A stretch of 64,000 nt of DNA from an uncultured Candidatus Saccharibacteria bacterium (GTDB lineage: Bacteria; Patescibacteriota; Minisyncoccia; Phycocordibacterales; JACOZG01). Both the position numbers and the translations under genes were made by a program. How positions within the stretch are numbered: position 1 is the stretch's first letter; every line of letters begins with the position of its first letter. The notes below the pieces were generated by a model. The model made no database searches, was not told the origin of the DNA, and saw nothing but the letters and a program-made list of their open reading frames with translations. The stretch is taken from NCBI GenBank assembly GCA_964591715.1, contig CAZQDR010000001.1:1487-65486 (forward strand), given 5' to 3'. This document shows positions 27,001 to 37,742 of this stretch, in pieces.

Positions 27001-27966
27001 TTAGGCTTCGGTCTCTTTCTTATCCACAGCCTGAAGCGTGGTAATGATTGGATCGAGAAAGCCGAGGAAGATCTTCTCGATATTGTGCCAGGATTCCTTA
27101 ATCCGGTGATCGGTGACGCGATCTTGATCAATATTGTAAGTGCGGATTTTCTCCGAACGATCGCCGGTGCCAATTTGCGAGCGTCGCTCACTGGCTTGTG
27201 ACTTGGCAGCCGCCTCCTCTTTAGCCACACTTAGTTTAGACATTAAAATAGCCAGCGCCTTCTCCTTATTGCGCGCCTGACTGCGCTCGCTGGTCGAGCG
27301 AACCACCATACCCGTTGGCTTGTGAGTAATCCGGACCGCGGTTTCCACCTTGTTCACATTTTGGCCGCCCTTGCCGCCCGAGCGGGAGAAAGTAATTTCC
27401 AAATCGCTCGGCGGTACACTCAAGTCCTCAACTGGGCGCAGAGGCAAAATCACGACCGAAGCGGTGGAGGTATGAATGCGCCCCTGCTTCTCGGTCACCG
27501 GTACGCGTTGGATGCGATGGACCCCGGTCTCGTATTTTAAAGCTTCGTAGGCTCCGAGACCGCGGATCTCAAACGACGCCTCCTTGTAGCCACCGATCTC
27601 ATTTTGGGAATCATCAATCAAAGTAAACGACCAGCCTTTTTGTTCGGCGTAGCGATGATACATCTCGGCTAGCTCACGCGCAAAGAGCGCCGACTCATCA
27701 CCACCGGCACCGGCGCGCACTTCCAAAATCAAAGCATTGGGCGAGGCCGCATCCTCCTCCTCGTCTTTACCAACAATCGCTTCGGCTTGGGTTAAAATTT
27801 CTTGCTTCTGCTTTTCCAGTTCCGCAATTTCTTCCTTGGCTAACTCTTGCATTGAGACGTCGCCATCGGCCAAACTTTGGGTGTCACGAATTTTAGCGTC
27901 GAGTCGATCGTACTCGAGCATTAAATATTGGGTTTTAGGATTGTCGCGAAATGGGGCGGGATCCAT
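27001..27966 (-). CDS. prfA: peptide chain release factor 1 (N-terminally short)
   Basis: [11 protein letters not shown] specificity motif, RTYN. Confidence 0.93.
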   Translation of the reverse strand: MDPAPFRDNPKTQYLMLEYDRLDAKIRDTQSLADGDVSMQELAKEEIAELEKQKQEILTQAEAIVGKDEEEDAASPNALILEVRAGAGGDESALFARELAEMYHRYAEQKGWSFTLIDDSQNEIGGYKEASFEIRGLGAYEALKYETGVHRIQRVPVTEKQGRIHTSTASVVILPLRPVEDLSVPPSDLEITFSRSGGKGGQNVNKVETAVRITHKPTGMVVRSTSERSQARNKEKALAILMSKLSVAKEEAAAKSQASERRSQIGTGDRSEKIRTYNIDQDRVTDHRIKESWHNIEKIFLGFLDPIITTLQAVDKKETEA

Positions 27967-27969
27967 GAG

Positions 27970-28233
27970 TTAAGCCTCAGAAGAAGCTTTCTCTCGGTTG
28001 GAAGTCTTTTTAGCTTTCTTGGGCGCCGTGGAGGCTTTGGCGCTGCGAGTCTTAAACTTCTCGACACGGCCAGCGGTATCCATAAGCTTCTCCGTACCGG
28101 TATAGAACGGATGGCAGGCGGTGCAGATTTCGACTTCTAGCTTTTCTTTTGTTGAGCCCACTTTAAAGGTGTTACCGCAAGCGCAGGTAACCGTCGCGGC
28201 CTCAAAGTAGGTTGGGTGGATTTCCTTTTTCAT
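27970..28233 (-). CDS. rpmE: 50S ribosomal protein L31
   Basis: MKKEIHPTY...CACGN...[10 protein letters not shown]...GRVEKF. Confidence 0.97.
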   Translation of the reverse strand: MKKEIHPTYFEAATVTCACGNTFKVGSTKEKLEVEICTACHPFYTGTEKLMDTAGRVEKFKTRSAKASTAPKKAKKTSNREKASSEA

Positions 28234-28247
28234 ATGGCGGGAGTATA

Positions 28248-29606
28248 TCAGGTATTTTGGAGGGGGTCAATCATATTAATTTGAATGTCTGAGGCCTTGG
28301 CCATAACTTGATTACCATAGGTACAAGAGGCCCCGCCCGTACCGTAATACTTGCAGGCAGCGCGGACTTCGGCACTATAGCCACCACCGCTCGCGCCAAG
28401 ATCACGTAAAAACAGGGCCGAGGCCATGAAGGCGTCGCTGGCATTCCAGGGGTCAGGGTTAGCCTTGCCGACGGCCGCGGCGATCGTGCTCTCCAGCCCC
28501 TGCCAGGTCGAAGGGATAAACTGGGCCGGTCCCATGGCACCGCCAAAGCCGCGGCCAACATAATATTTAGTACTACCGATCGGGCAAGACACTGGCGTCG
28601 ACTTCCAATCCATCCCCAGCCGTGAGGTGATGTCCACAAAGGGCACAGTATCTCGGGGAGGCTTCATCACTTTTTCAAACACCGTGCCAGTATTCTTACC
28701 CACGCCATTACCGGTCGTTAGATCGGTCAGTAAACACGAACCGACATTTTGTCCCAAGTTAGACTCCTGCTTTAAAATCGCCAAAATAAAAGCCGGTCGA
28801 ACGCCAGTCTTAAGCGAGGCGGCCGTAGCGTACTCAAGCGCTTTACCAAACTGGATCGCAGCGCTATCACGCAAGCCAAACAAGGCCGCTCTAATTTGGG
28901 CGGCTTTCTTTTGTCGCTCGGCTAACACCGACTGGTAAGCGGCCTCCTGACCTTTATTGATCTTCAATAAAACATTCTTCTCCGATTCACGTTTTTGGAT
29001 AACTTGCTGTTGGGTCTCAATTAATTTTTGGGCATCAATGGTTTTATTCTTCTGCTGTTCAAGAGCGGCCTTTTCCTCATGGGCGGCGTTCTCGGCATTG
29101 CGCAGTTCAGCAAACGAGTCGTGCAACGCGATTTGTACTTGATCAATTTCCTCTAGTCGGTTAAAAAAGTCAGACAAACGGTTATTACCCAGGACGATTT
29201 CCGGTAAAGAGTCTGTGTTACTGTCGCGACTTTTACGCAACAGCTCCGCCAATGAGGCTTGCTCACGTTTGATTTTGGCATCTAGGGCGCTAATTTTACC
29301 GTTACGTTCGGCAATGTCACTGTCGAGCCGGCTAATTTGCACCTTCTTGGCTTTAATATCAGTTTGCGCTTGTTTGATCTGAGATTTAAGCAAATCAATA
29401 TCCCCTTGCACGGTGGCGGTCTCACGCTGTTTTTGCAATAAAAGTTTAGTTTGTTCGGCAATCGCCCGCTCCTCCGCCTCCAAGTCGGCTTGGAGTTGAG
29501 CCCGCTGGGCCTCAATCGCGCTCGTACTTTGTTGGGCCCGTGTCGAGAGTGGCCCTAGAAAGCCAAACAATATGAGTACAACAAAAAACAGCCTGATGGA
29601 TTTCAT
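28248..29606 (-). CDS. coiled-coil protein with C-terminal lytic transglycosylase domain
   Basis: Signal peptide, PcsB-like coiled coil, AILKQES and [13 protein letters not shown] motifs. Confidence 0.85.
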   Translation of the reverse strand: MKSIRLFFVVLILFGFLGPLSTRAQQSTSAIEAQRAQLQADLEAEERAIAEQTKLLLQKQRETATVQGDIDLLKSQIKQAQTDIKAKKVQISRLDSDIAERNGKISALDAKIKREQASLAELLRKSRDSNTDSLPEIVLGNNRLSDFFNRLEEIDQVQIALHDSFAELRNAENAAHEEKAALEQQKNKTIDAQKLIETQQQVIQKRESEKNVLLKINKGQEAAYQSVLAERQKKAAQIRAALFGLRDSAAIQFGKALEYATAASLKTGVRPAFILAILKQESNLGQNVGSCLLTDLTTGNGVGKNTGTVFEKVMKPPRDTVPFVDITSRLGMDWKSTPVSCPIGSTKYYVGRGFGGAMGPAQFIPSTWQGLESTIAAAVGKANPDPWNASDAFMASALFLRDLGASGGGYSAEVRAACKYYGTGGASCTYGNQVMAKASDIQINMIDPLQNT

Positions 29607-29633
29607 CAGACTTAGTATAGCAGAAGATGAGAT

Positions 29634-30287
29634 TTACTCGCCAGCAGCCTCGGCGGGAACTTCGCCCTCTTCCTCCTTCTTACCCTTCTTTTCTACCTCA
29701 ATCGTGGAGAGATCCACTGGAGCTTCGTCAATTGGTTCGTCCTTGGCCACGCTAATAGCCGCCACCACCGTTTCCGCCTCAGCCAAAACCTTAACACCAG
29801 CGGGAATCTTAAGATCCTTAACCAAGATCTGGCTATCAAGGGCAGCAAGAGTGCTAATATCAACTTCGATATCGTGAGGAATGTCCATTGGCAAAACTTC
29901 AATTTCGAGTTTGTGAATTACCTTAACGAGTGTACCGCCCAAATCCTTAACGGCTGGAGATACTCCCTCGTAGCGAAGAGGTACATCAACCTCAACGGTC
30001 TTGGTTTTATCAACCACCAAAAGATCGGCGTGCACTGGCTCACCGTTAACGGGATGGAAGGCAACCTCGTGGATTAAAACATCCTTCTTCACCTCCCCAG
30101 CATCAACAGTGATCATAGTGGACTCACCAGCCTGACTTAGGATTTTCTTAAACTCCTTGGTGGCCACCATCAAAGCGAGGGCCTTATCCTTGGCACCATA
30201 AAGAATCACCGGCATTTTGCCGGCCTGGCGAGCCGTTTTGAGCTCTTTGCCGAAAATGTCGCGCTTTTCTGCGCCAAGTTTTAACAT
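29634..30287 (-). CDS. rplY: 50S ribosomal protein L25 (Ctc form)
   Basis: MPVILYG, VAFHPVNGEPVHADL, C-terminal beta domain. Confidence 0.93.
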   Translation of the reverse strand: MLKLGAEKRDIFGKELKTARQAGKMPVILYGAKDKALALMVATKEFKKILSQAGESTMITVDAGEVKKDVLIHEVAFHPVNGEPVHADLLVVDKTKTVEVDVPLRYEGVSPAVKDLGGTLVKVIHKLEIEVLPMDIPHDIEVDISTLAALDSQILVKDLKIPAGVKVLAEAETVVAAISVAKDEPIDEAPVDLSTIEVEKKGKKEEEGEVPAEAAGE

Positions 30288-30356
30288 GCTGGATAGTATA
30301 TAGAATACTGGAATAAAGTCAAAAACGGCCACCCGGTTAAGGGTGGCCGAGCGGGC

Positions 30357-30566
30357 CTAATCGTCGCAGGCGGCGGCGGCCTCGACCATGTTGGGATGGT
30401 GGCGCCGGCCTGGCGGATGGGACCGGATCATTTCCATTCTTTGAGTATTATCCAGCCCCGTGTCGTCGATAACACCGTACGAGCTCCATCCCTCAGGAGG
30501 ATTTTTGGCCTCAACGATCTCCGTCCGTGAGCGAAATGAATTGAACCGAATAAACAATCGCATCAT
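30357..30566 (-). CDS. hypothetical protein
   Basis: Short ORF with SD GGAAGGGG; hairpin at about 30325-30348 downstream. Confidence 0.4.
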   Translation of the reverse strand: MMRLFIRFNSFRSRTEIVEAKNPPEGWSSYGVIDDTGLDNTQRMEMIRSHPPGRRHHPNMVEAAAACDD

Positions 30567-30623
30567 ACTGCACCCCTTCCATTGGTTCATCCAATAGAAT
30601 TAAAGTCCAAGCGAACGCTGGAT

Positions 30624-31592
30624 TTATTTTACCAAGTTCGGCGGCGTTTGTCCCTCCACGGCGGCGATAATATTCTCCGCGGCAATGCGGGCCATCTCAT
30701 CTCGGGCAAATTCGGTCGCCGAGGCAATGTGCGGCGTCAACACCACATTCGGCAAATCCTTCAAACCTTCGGCCAGCTTCGGCTCAAATTCAAAGACATC
30801 CAAACCAGCACCGCGAATCGTCCGGTTTTTAAGCGCCTCAACCAAAGCCACTTCATCAATCACTGGTCCGCGCGAGGTGTTGACCAAAATGGCGTTCGGC
30901 TTCATCATGGCTAGCCGCTCTTTATTAATTAAGTGTTGCGTCGTTGGCAAAAGCGGCACGTTAACTGAAACATAGTCGGCCACCTTTAAAACCTCTTCGA
31001 CATTGGGTTCGTAAACTGCACCATACTCCTTTTCAACCTCCTCATTCCGAACCACATCATAATAAACGACCCTCATTTCAAAACCCTTAACGGCGTGGAG
31101 CGCGGTCCGAGACCCAATCCGGCCCAGACCCAAAATACCGAGCGTCTTGCCCGAAAGTTCCGTGCCCAACAAGAGCATCGGTGCCCAACCCACATACTGG
31201 CCAGTGCGAACAAAGGTGTCCGCTTCCACAATCCGCTTGGCCACAGCCATCATCAGCGTCATCGCATGCTCGGCCACCGCGTTGGTTAAGACACCCGGAG
31301 TGTTTGAGAGCAAAACATTGTGAGCCGCCGCATCAGCTAAATTAAAGTTATCAAAACCAACCGCGTAGTTAGCAAAAATTTTGGCCGTGGGCACCGCCTC
31401 AAAGACTTCGGCATCAATTTTATCGGTCAAAAGCGATAGCACCGCGTCATAGGGTTTAGCTTTGAGGGCTGCTAGTAATTCCTCACGGGTCAGGGCACCA
31501 TCTTTAGTACTAATATCCACCTCATAGCCTTTGGCTTGCAACATTTCGACCGCCTTTTGGGGAATAACTCGGGTTACGTAGACTTTTGCCAT
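30624..31592 (-). CDS. D-2-hydroxyacid dehydrogenase (glyoxylate reductase/D-glycerate dehydrogenase-like)
   Basis: GILGLGRIG, NTSRG, GLDVFEFEP, TPHIAS. Confidence 0.92.
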   Translation of the reverse strand: MAKVYVTRVIPQKAVEMLQAKGYEVDISTKDGALTREELLAALKAKPYDAVLSLLTDKIDAEVFEAVPTAKIFANYAVGFDNFNLADAAAHNVLLSNTPGVLTNAVAEHAMTLMMAVAKRIVEADTFVRTGQYVGWAPMLLLGTELSGKTLGILGLGRIGSRTALHAVKGFEMRVVYYDVVRNEEVEKEYGAVYEPNVEEVLKVADYVSVNVPLLPTTQHLINKERLAMMKPNAILVNTSRGPVIDEVALVEALKNRTIRGAGLDVFEFEPKLAEGLKDLPNVVLTPHIASATEFARDEMARIAAENIIAAVEGQTPPNLVK

Positions 31593-31600
31593 TTTAAATT

Positions 31601-32473
31601 TTAAAGATTGTTATAAAGTTTTAATTTTGCTTCGACGACTTTCTGCATTGCCGCAACGCCCGGCTTCATAAACTTGTAAGGTGCCACTTCATCCGGATTA
31701 TCCTGCAGTGACAACTTAAGCGCATCACGATAAGCCACGCGCAGTTCGGTATTGATGTGAACCATCGCCACGCCGGCGGCAATTGCCTCTTTAAAGTCCG
31801 CCTCCGAGTTACCCGAGCCGCCATGGAGCACAAGCGGCACGCCGGCGGCCGCCCGCACCGCCCGCACGCGCTCAATGTCGAGCCGCGGGTCCGGTCGGCC
31901 CTTTAACATGCCGTGGATATTGCCGACCGCCGGCGCCAAAAGATCCACGCCAGTGGCCTCAACGAACTGCTTGGCCACTTCGGGCTTGGTCAGATCATCA
32001 CCCTGGGCCGCACCCTCCGGCACCTCGTCCAACAGTTTGGACGAGGTGCCGATGTAACCGAGTTCGCCTTCCACCAAAATGTCACGATCTTGACCACGAG
32101 CGTAATCCACACATTGTTTAGCTTGGACAATATTTTCCTCAAGCGACAATTTAGCCCCGTCAAAAATTACCGAGTCAAAACCAGCATCAATCGCCTCTTT
32201 CACCCGCTCAAATGAGTAAGTATGATCCGCGTTTAAAAAGATTGGATAGCTAAATTCTTCGCGAATGCTTTTTACTAGCGCCGCTACCGCCTTAACGCCA
32301 ATAAAATCCCGTTCGCCTTCCGAAACGCCAATAATAATGGGCAGGCTTAAGGCCTTGGCCGCATTAAAGACCGCCCATACCCCCTCACTGTCGGAGATAT
32401 TGAAGTGGCCTAAGGCCACTTTGCGCGCCTCCGCCTCCGCAATCGCCTGTCGTAATGTTTGCATGGGCACCAT
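31601..32473 (-). CDS. fba: class II fructose-bisphosphate aldolase
   Basis: LNADH, VEGELG, GNIHG, LVLHGGSG, INTELR. Confidence 0.92.
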   Translation of the reverse strand: MVPMQTLRQAIAEAEARKVALGHFNISDSEGVWAVFNAAKALSLPIIIGVSEGERDFIGVKAVAALVKSIREEFSYPIFLNADHTYSFERVKEAIDAGFDSVIFDGAKLSLEENIVQAKQCVDYARGQDRDILVEGELGYIGTSSKLLDEVPEGAAQGDDLTKPEVAKQFVEATGVDLLAPAVGNIHGMLKGRPDPRLDIERVRAVRAAAGVPLVLHGGSGNSEADFKEAIAAGVAMVHINTELRVAYRDALKLSLQDNPDEVAPYKFMKPGVAAMQKVVEAKLKLYNNL

Positions 32474-32535
32474 TATACCTTACTCGCTCGGCCATGGTAA
32501 AATAGGGCGGTGCCATTAGCAATTAAATTTTAACT

Positions 32536-32925
32536 ATGGAACCAGCTTCAACCCCTGCCCAAATGACTAGTCCAACCTCACCAGCCGCTGCCGTTGCGAG
32601 CACCTGGTCTTGGGGCTCTTTTATGTTCGATCCGGTCGTGATAATCGCCACTGAACGCTACAAGTGGTTACTAGTTTACTTGCTGATGTTTATTCCGATT
32701 GTAAATATGATCGCCCTCTTGGCAGTTAAAATCTATTTTGGTTTGAACGGCCAGGAGTTTGTGATGTCGAGCACCGCCTTCGCCAATAACGACGAGAAAA
32801 GAGGCTTCTTAAAGGGTATCGATAAAGCTGGTAAGATTCTCTTCTTCATTGGCTTGGCGCTAATTGCCGTGAGCTTTATTTTTGGCTTCGGCGCTGCCAT
32901 GACAATGGTCCGCTTCGGTCGCTAA
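32536..32925 (+). CDS. hypothetical membrane protein
   Basis: WSWGSF motif and TM helices. Confidence 0.7.
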   Translation: MEPASTPAQMTSPTSPAAAVASTWSWGSFMFDPVVIIATERYKWLLVYLLMFIPIVNMIALLAVKIYFGLNGQEFVMSSTAFANNDEKRGFLKGIDKAGKILFFIGLALIAVSFIFGFGAAMTMVRFGR

Positions 32926-32931
32926 GCCACT

Positions 32932-33927
32932 ATGGATAACCAAGAATTCGATTTTATTGCCATTGGTGACATTACTACTGACGCTTTTATTCGCATTAAA
33001 GAGGCGAATGTTCACTGTCAGGTTAATAAGGAAGAGTGCCAAATCTGTATGCGCTTTGGCGATAAAATCCCCTACGAGTCCGTTACCGTGGTACCCGCCG
33101 TTGGCAACTCGCCAAACGCCGCCGTCTCGGCCGCGCGCCTAGGGTTAAAGTCGGGTCTAGTTTCTAATCTCGGCGCTGACCGTAACGGCGAGGAAGCTTT
33201 GGCCGCCCTGGCCCAAAATCAAGTTGACGCGCGGTTCGTTAAACAGCACGCCAACAAACCAACTAATTATCACTACGTGCTGTGGTACCACGATGATCGC
33301 ACTATTCTCATCAAGCACGAGGAGTACGAGTACGAACTGCCAGACATTGGTACGCCGAAGTGGATTTACTTAAGCTCGCTCGGAGAAAATTCGCTCCCCT
33401 TCCAGCACGCGATTGCTAAATATGTTGGCGAACGACCGGGTATCAAACTGGCCTTTCAGCCCGGCACCTTCCAGATCAAGTCGAGCGAAGAACTAGCTGA
33501 CGTTTACGGCGTTACCGAAATCTTCTTCTGTAATGTTGAGGAGTCGCGGCGAATCTTAAAGAGCACAGAGACAGAAATTATTCCGCTGCTTCAAGGCGTC
33601 AGCGCGCTCGGACCAAAAGTGGTGGTGATTACTGACGGCCCACGTGGCGCTTATGCTTATCAAAATGGTGAAGCCTGGTTTATGCCACCTTACCCCGATC
33701 CTAAACCACCGCTCGAGCGGACCGGTGCCGGCGACTCGTTTGCCTCCACCTTTACCGCCGCCTTGGCGCTTGGTAAAACAATTCCGGAAGCGCTACGTTG
33801 GGGACCAATTAACTCAATGTCGGTCGTGCAAAATATCGGCGCCCAGGCCGGACTCCTCCCTCGCGCCGCGCTGGAAACCTACCTCGCGAACGCCCCGACT
33901 GATTACGAGGCCAAGAAAATTTTGTAA
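32932..33927 (+). CDS. PfkB family carbohydrate kinase
   Basis: N-terminal GNSPNAAVSAARLG; ERTGAGDSF signature. Confidence 0.92.
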   Translation: MDNQEFDFIAIGDITTDAFIRIKEANVHCQVNKEECQICMRFGDKIPYESVTVVPAVGNSPNAAVSAARLGLKSGLVSNLGADRNGEEALAALAQNQVDARFVKQHANKPTNYHYVLWYHDDRTILIKHEEYEYELPDIGTPKWIYLSSLGENSLPFQHAIAKYVGERPGIKLAFQPGTFQIKSSEELADVYGVTEIFFCNVEESRRILKSTETEIIPLLQGVSALGPKVVVITDGPRGAYAYQNGEAWFMPPYPDPKPPLERTGAGDSFASTFTAALALGKTIPEALRWGPINSMSVVQNIGAQAGLLPRAALETYLANAPTDYEAKKIL

Positions 33928-33948
33928 GTTTTTTAGCGATTAAAAAAA

Positions 33949-33982
33949 GAAAAGCCCCGGACGCTTGGCGCCGGGGCTTTTT
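33949..33982. terminator. bidirectional intrinsic terminator
   Basis: AAAAGCCCCGG-loop-CCGGGGCTTTT between convergent genes. Confidence 0.75.
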
Positions 33983-34000
33983 GATTTGATTTCTTTCTCC

Positions 34001-34705
34001 TCACCAGTGCAGGGGGATGCGATCGTGACACCAGGGCATCAGCCAGTGAGAGGTGCCGAGAGACGAAGTGGGCCTGAACCAGTAGGGTCGAGCGGCACTA
34101 TCGCTCTGGGGACGACGCCAGACACAGGCAATGAAACTGCCGTCCGACTCGCGAAGCAGAACGCCTTTGACAGCATTGACCGGCTCGTGCAGGTGGCGCG
34201 TCTCTTTGCGAAAGCGCAGAACGGCGACCCACTCCTTGGCCGATAACCAATGACCAGCCTGCTCGGCGCAACGCTGATTAAACTGCGGCAACTCCTTGAT
34301 CGTGTGAGCAATCTCAACCCCGACCAAAAGATGCGGCTGGGGAGACGGCGGGAAGAGCGGCGTCTGGGGAAAGGATGCGGCCAGCGAGTCATCGATAACA
34401 CCGCCGAACTCGGCCAACTGATCTGGCAACGACAAGATGCTGGTCGGGAAGACGAAGAGACAACGATGGTTATAGGTCTCACCATCTTTCTCGCTCAAGT
34501 GGGCGCAGAACCGGTGGAGCACTTCACGAACAATCTGATCTTTGCTCCGATACAAAGACCGCAAATCCTTACTACCGCCACTGGAATCGCCGCGCTGCAT
34601 CCGACAACTCCACTGACTGCAGAGTTGATGCTCCAAAGAGCCTGAGCGGGGCGCCGGACAAACTGTCGCCGTAGTCGCAATGGGTGCGGATGTGACTGCC
34701 GTCAT
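34001..34705 (-). CDS. hypothetical protein
   Basis: 234-aa ORF with SD AAGGAGA upstream; no family recognised. Confidence 0.5.
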   Translation of the reverse strand: MTAVTSAPIATTATVCPAPRSGSLEHQLCSQWSCRMQRGDSSGGSKDLRSLYRSKDQIVREVLHRFCAHLSEKDGETYNHRCLFVFPTSILSLPDQLAEFGGVIDDSLAASFPQTPLFPPSPQPHLLVGVEIAHTIKELPQFNQRCAEQAGHWLSAKEWVAVLRFRKETRHLHEPVNAVKGVLLRESDGSFIACVWRRPQSDSAARPYWFRPTSSLGTSHWLMPWCHDRIPLHW

Positions 34706-34786
34706 GCATCATCTCCTTATTTGCATGATCAAAAGACCTTGGTCGAACCTAAACAAATAGGTTAAACACCAGGTTTTTTTATAGCA

Positions 34787-35783
34787 TTATTTACCTTTTC
34801 GTTCAATCGCTCGCGCTACCGCACTTTTGATTGCTGGCACGCTAATTCCGTAGTGTTTTAAAAGTTCGTTGGGTTCGCCAGACTGACCAAACTGATCATC
34901 AACACCTATAAATTCGATCGGCACCGGCTGATGTTCGGCCAGATATTCCGCTACCGCACTACCCATCCCGCCTTTGCGCTGATGTTCCTCAACTGTCACA
35001 ATCGCGCCCGCCGTTTGCGCCAAATATGTAAGGGCGTCGCCATCGAGTGGCTTAATCGTATGTAAATTTAAAACTGACACATCAATTCCCTCGCCCGCTA
35101 AATCATCCGCGGCCTGCAAGGCCTGATAAAGAACGGGGCCGCAGGCAATAATCGCGGCGCGCGGCTTCGCCGCTTGCCGCAGTAAATTAGCCTTACCCAC
35201 AATAAATGGCGACTCATCCGTCGTTACTACTGGCGTCTTCTCGCGAGCCAAACGCAAATAAGCTGGACCCACTAAGCGGGCCAAGTGATGCGTCGCCTTG
35301 CGCGCCTCAATGTGATCACAGGGCACCACGACCGTCATGCGGGGAATAATGCGCATCAGGGCAATATCCTCGATTGCCTGGTGCGTGCCGCCGTCGGGAC
35401 CAACCGAAACACCCGCGTGCGAGCCGACAACTTTAACATTTTGGTTGTTATAACAAATTGTTGTCCGGATTTGCTCCCAGTTGCGACCCGGACTGAACAT
35501 GGCGTACGAAGTAATAAATGGAATTTTACCCATCGCGGCCATGCCAGCCGCAACGGCGGCTAAGTTTTGCTCGGCAATCCCGATCTCAATAAAGCGATGC
35601 GGGAAGCGCTTAGCAAAGTCGAGCATCTTGGTCGACTCCACCAAATCGGCGCAGAGCCCAACAATGCGTGGATCCTCCTCACCCGCCTTAGCCAAACCCT
35701 CCCCGAAACCATTGCGGACCGGTACCTCCTCCACCGCTTCCTTAAATAACTTTGGATTTAATTTTTGTGATTCAACGAGCATA
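34787..35783 (-). CDS. transketolase, C-terminal subunit
   Basis: IGIAEQN, GPDGGTHQAIED, TIKPLD, VEEH. Confidence 0.93.
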
Positions 35784-36647
35784 TTATTCGTGTTCGGATT
35801 TAATTTTACCACCGAGCGTGCGCAGCTCGTTTAGTGCCATTGCCCCCTCCTCTTTGTTGGGCGGTTTGCCGTGCCACTCATACTTGCGCTCAAACTCGCT
35901 TACGCCCTTGCCGGGAATCGTGTGCGCAATAATACACGACGGCCGATTGAAGACGGCTTTAGCCTGCTCGACCGCTCCAACGATGGCCTCAAAGTTGTGC
36001 CCATCAATCTCAATGACGTGCCAATTAAAGGCGCGGAACTTATCAGCTAGCGGCTCAAGTGGCAGCACATCCTCGGTAAAACCGTCAATTTGGATATTGT
36101 TGCGGTCAACAAAAGTAATCAGATTATGAATCTGCCCGCGGCCGGCCAACATTACGGCCTCCCAGATCTCGCCGCAATCCAACTCGCCGTCACCGGTTAA
36201 ACAATAAAAGAAGCGGTCCGACGACCGGCCGCGGTCCAGCCTATCCGCCAGAGCCATCCCGAGCGCCTGTGATAAACCGGAACCAAGCGGGCCGGAACTC
36301 GTTTCCAACCCCGGCAACCATTCCCGATGGGGATGACCTTGCAGGCGAGAACCGAATTTACGGAGAGTCTTTAGTTCTTCTACTGGAAAGTAACCCGCAT
36401 GCGCCATTGTGGCATAAAGAACGGGCGCAATATGGCCATTGGAGAGAACGACGCGATCCCGCTCCTCCCAAGCCGGATTTTTAGGATCGTGTTTTAAAAG
36501 ATGAAAATAAAGAGCGGTAAAAACATCGGCCATGCCCAAGGGGCCAGCCGTATGACCCGAGCCCGCCGCCAAGAGCATCTCAATAATTGAGCGACGAACA
36601 TCATTGGCTTTTTGTTCTAAAAATTTTACTTTATCGTCAAATAGCAT
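35784..36647 (-). CDS. transketolase, N-terminal subunit
   Basis: GSGH, LSNGH, LQGHP, GDGE TPP motif, HGK. Confidence 0.93.
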   Translation of the reverse strand: MLFDDKVKFLEQKANDVRRSIIEMLLAAGSGHTAGPLGMADVFTALYFHLLKHDPKNPAWEERDRVVLSNGHIAPVLYATMAHAGYFPVEELKTLRKFGSRLQGHPHREWLPGLETSSGPLGSGLSQALGMALADRLDRGRSSDRFFYCLTGDGELDCGEIWEAVMLAGRGQIHNLITFVDRNNIQIDGFTEDVLPLEPLADKFRAFNWHVIEIDGHNFEAIVGAVEQAKAVFNRPSCIIAHTIPGKGVSEFERKYEWHGKPPNKEEGAMALNELRTLGGKIKSEHE

Positions 36648-37269
36648 TTTGAAATTGTTTAATGGTGCCGGCAATGTCGCCACTATTCCAAATCGCGGAA
36701 CCAACAACTAAATGCGTCGCTCCAGCCTTAACTAACGCGGCCGCATTACTTAAGGTTACACCGCCATCTACCGCTATTGTAGCATGAGGCAATTTTGCTC
36801 GTACAGTGCGGACGCGCTCAATCACCCGCTCGTCAAACGGCTGACCATGAAAGCCGATGCGCTCAATCCCCATTAATTGAACGTGGTTTAGCTTAGGCCA
36901 AAGTGACTCCAGAGGCTCAAGTGGCGTATCCATGAGCAAGGCCAAACCGAATTTAGAAACGGAATTTTCGAACTGTTGCAAAATTGCCTCCAATTGATTG
37001 GTTGACTCATAATGCACCAGTACACGGTCAGCCACGCGCTGCCACTCCATAATCTCCAGCTCGGGACTCTCAATCATTAAGTGTGCCTCTAGCTTTGCCG
37101 TGCCAGGTAAATCAGCCAGGTCAGCCGGATTGTCCCAGCTAAAGTTGGGCGCGAAACGGCCGTCGATGACGTCCAGTTGTACCCACGAGACTAACCCCTC
37201 CACCGAAGCGATTTTGGCGTTAACCTCTTTAAATTCTTGGCCAATAATGGCGGGGACAATTTCAACCAT
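36637..37269 (-). CDS. rpe: ribulose-phosphate 3-epimerase
   Basis: LDVIDGRFAPN, EAHLM, VDGGV, VVGSAI. Confidence 0.9.
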   Translation of the reverse strand: MVEIVPAIIGQEFKEVNAKIASVEGLVSWVQLDVIDGRFAPNFSWDNPADLADLPGTAKLEAHLMIESPELEIMEWQRVADRVLVHYESTNQLEAILQQFENSVSKFGLALLMDTPLEPLESLWPKLNHVQLMGIERIGFHGQPFDERVIERVRTVRAKLPHATIAVDGGVTLSNAAALVKAGATHLVVGSAIWNSGDIAGTIKQFQNAI

Positions 37270-37271
37270 AA

Positions 37272-37739
37272 TTAAAATTCGTTTTCGACTGGCACCAAGT
37301 CATCAATTTTAGCAATCCGGCGCGCATGACGCGCCTCACCACTAAACTTGGTCTCGAGCCAGCGAGTAATAACTTCGCGCGCTTCAATCTCGGAGACGAA
37401 GCGCGCGCCGAGCGACAAAATGTTGGCGTCGTTATGCTCGCGCGAAAGCGGAACAATCTCCGGCTGACCACCGTAGTAAACTGCGGCGCGCACGTGCGGA
37501 TAACGATTCGCCACCATTGCCTCACCCTGGCCCGAGCCGCCAAAAATTAAACCCCGATCCTCATTCGGGCTCGAGGAAATTTGTTTGGCCACCATGCGAA
37601 TATAATCTGGGTAATCGTCGTCAGCACTTAACTCAAATGCACCCTCATCGTGGACATCGTAGTTAAGCTCCTTGAGCCAGGCCTTCACCTTCTCCTTCAA
37701 TTCAAACCCAGCATGATCGGTAGCTAAAAAAATTCTCAT
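37272..37739 (-). CDS. rpiB: ribose-5-phosphate isomerase B
   Basis: DHAGFELK, DDYPD, GGSGQG, SREHNDANIL. Confidence 0.93.
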   Translation of the reverse strand: MRIFLATDHAGFELKEKVKAWLKELNYDVHDEGAFELSADDDYPDYIRMVAKQISSSPNEDRGLIFGGSGQGEAMVANRYPHVRAAVYYGGQPEIVPLSREHNDANILSLGARFVSEIEAREVITRWLETKFSGEARHARRIAKIDDLVPVENEF

Positions 37740-37742
37740 GAT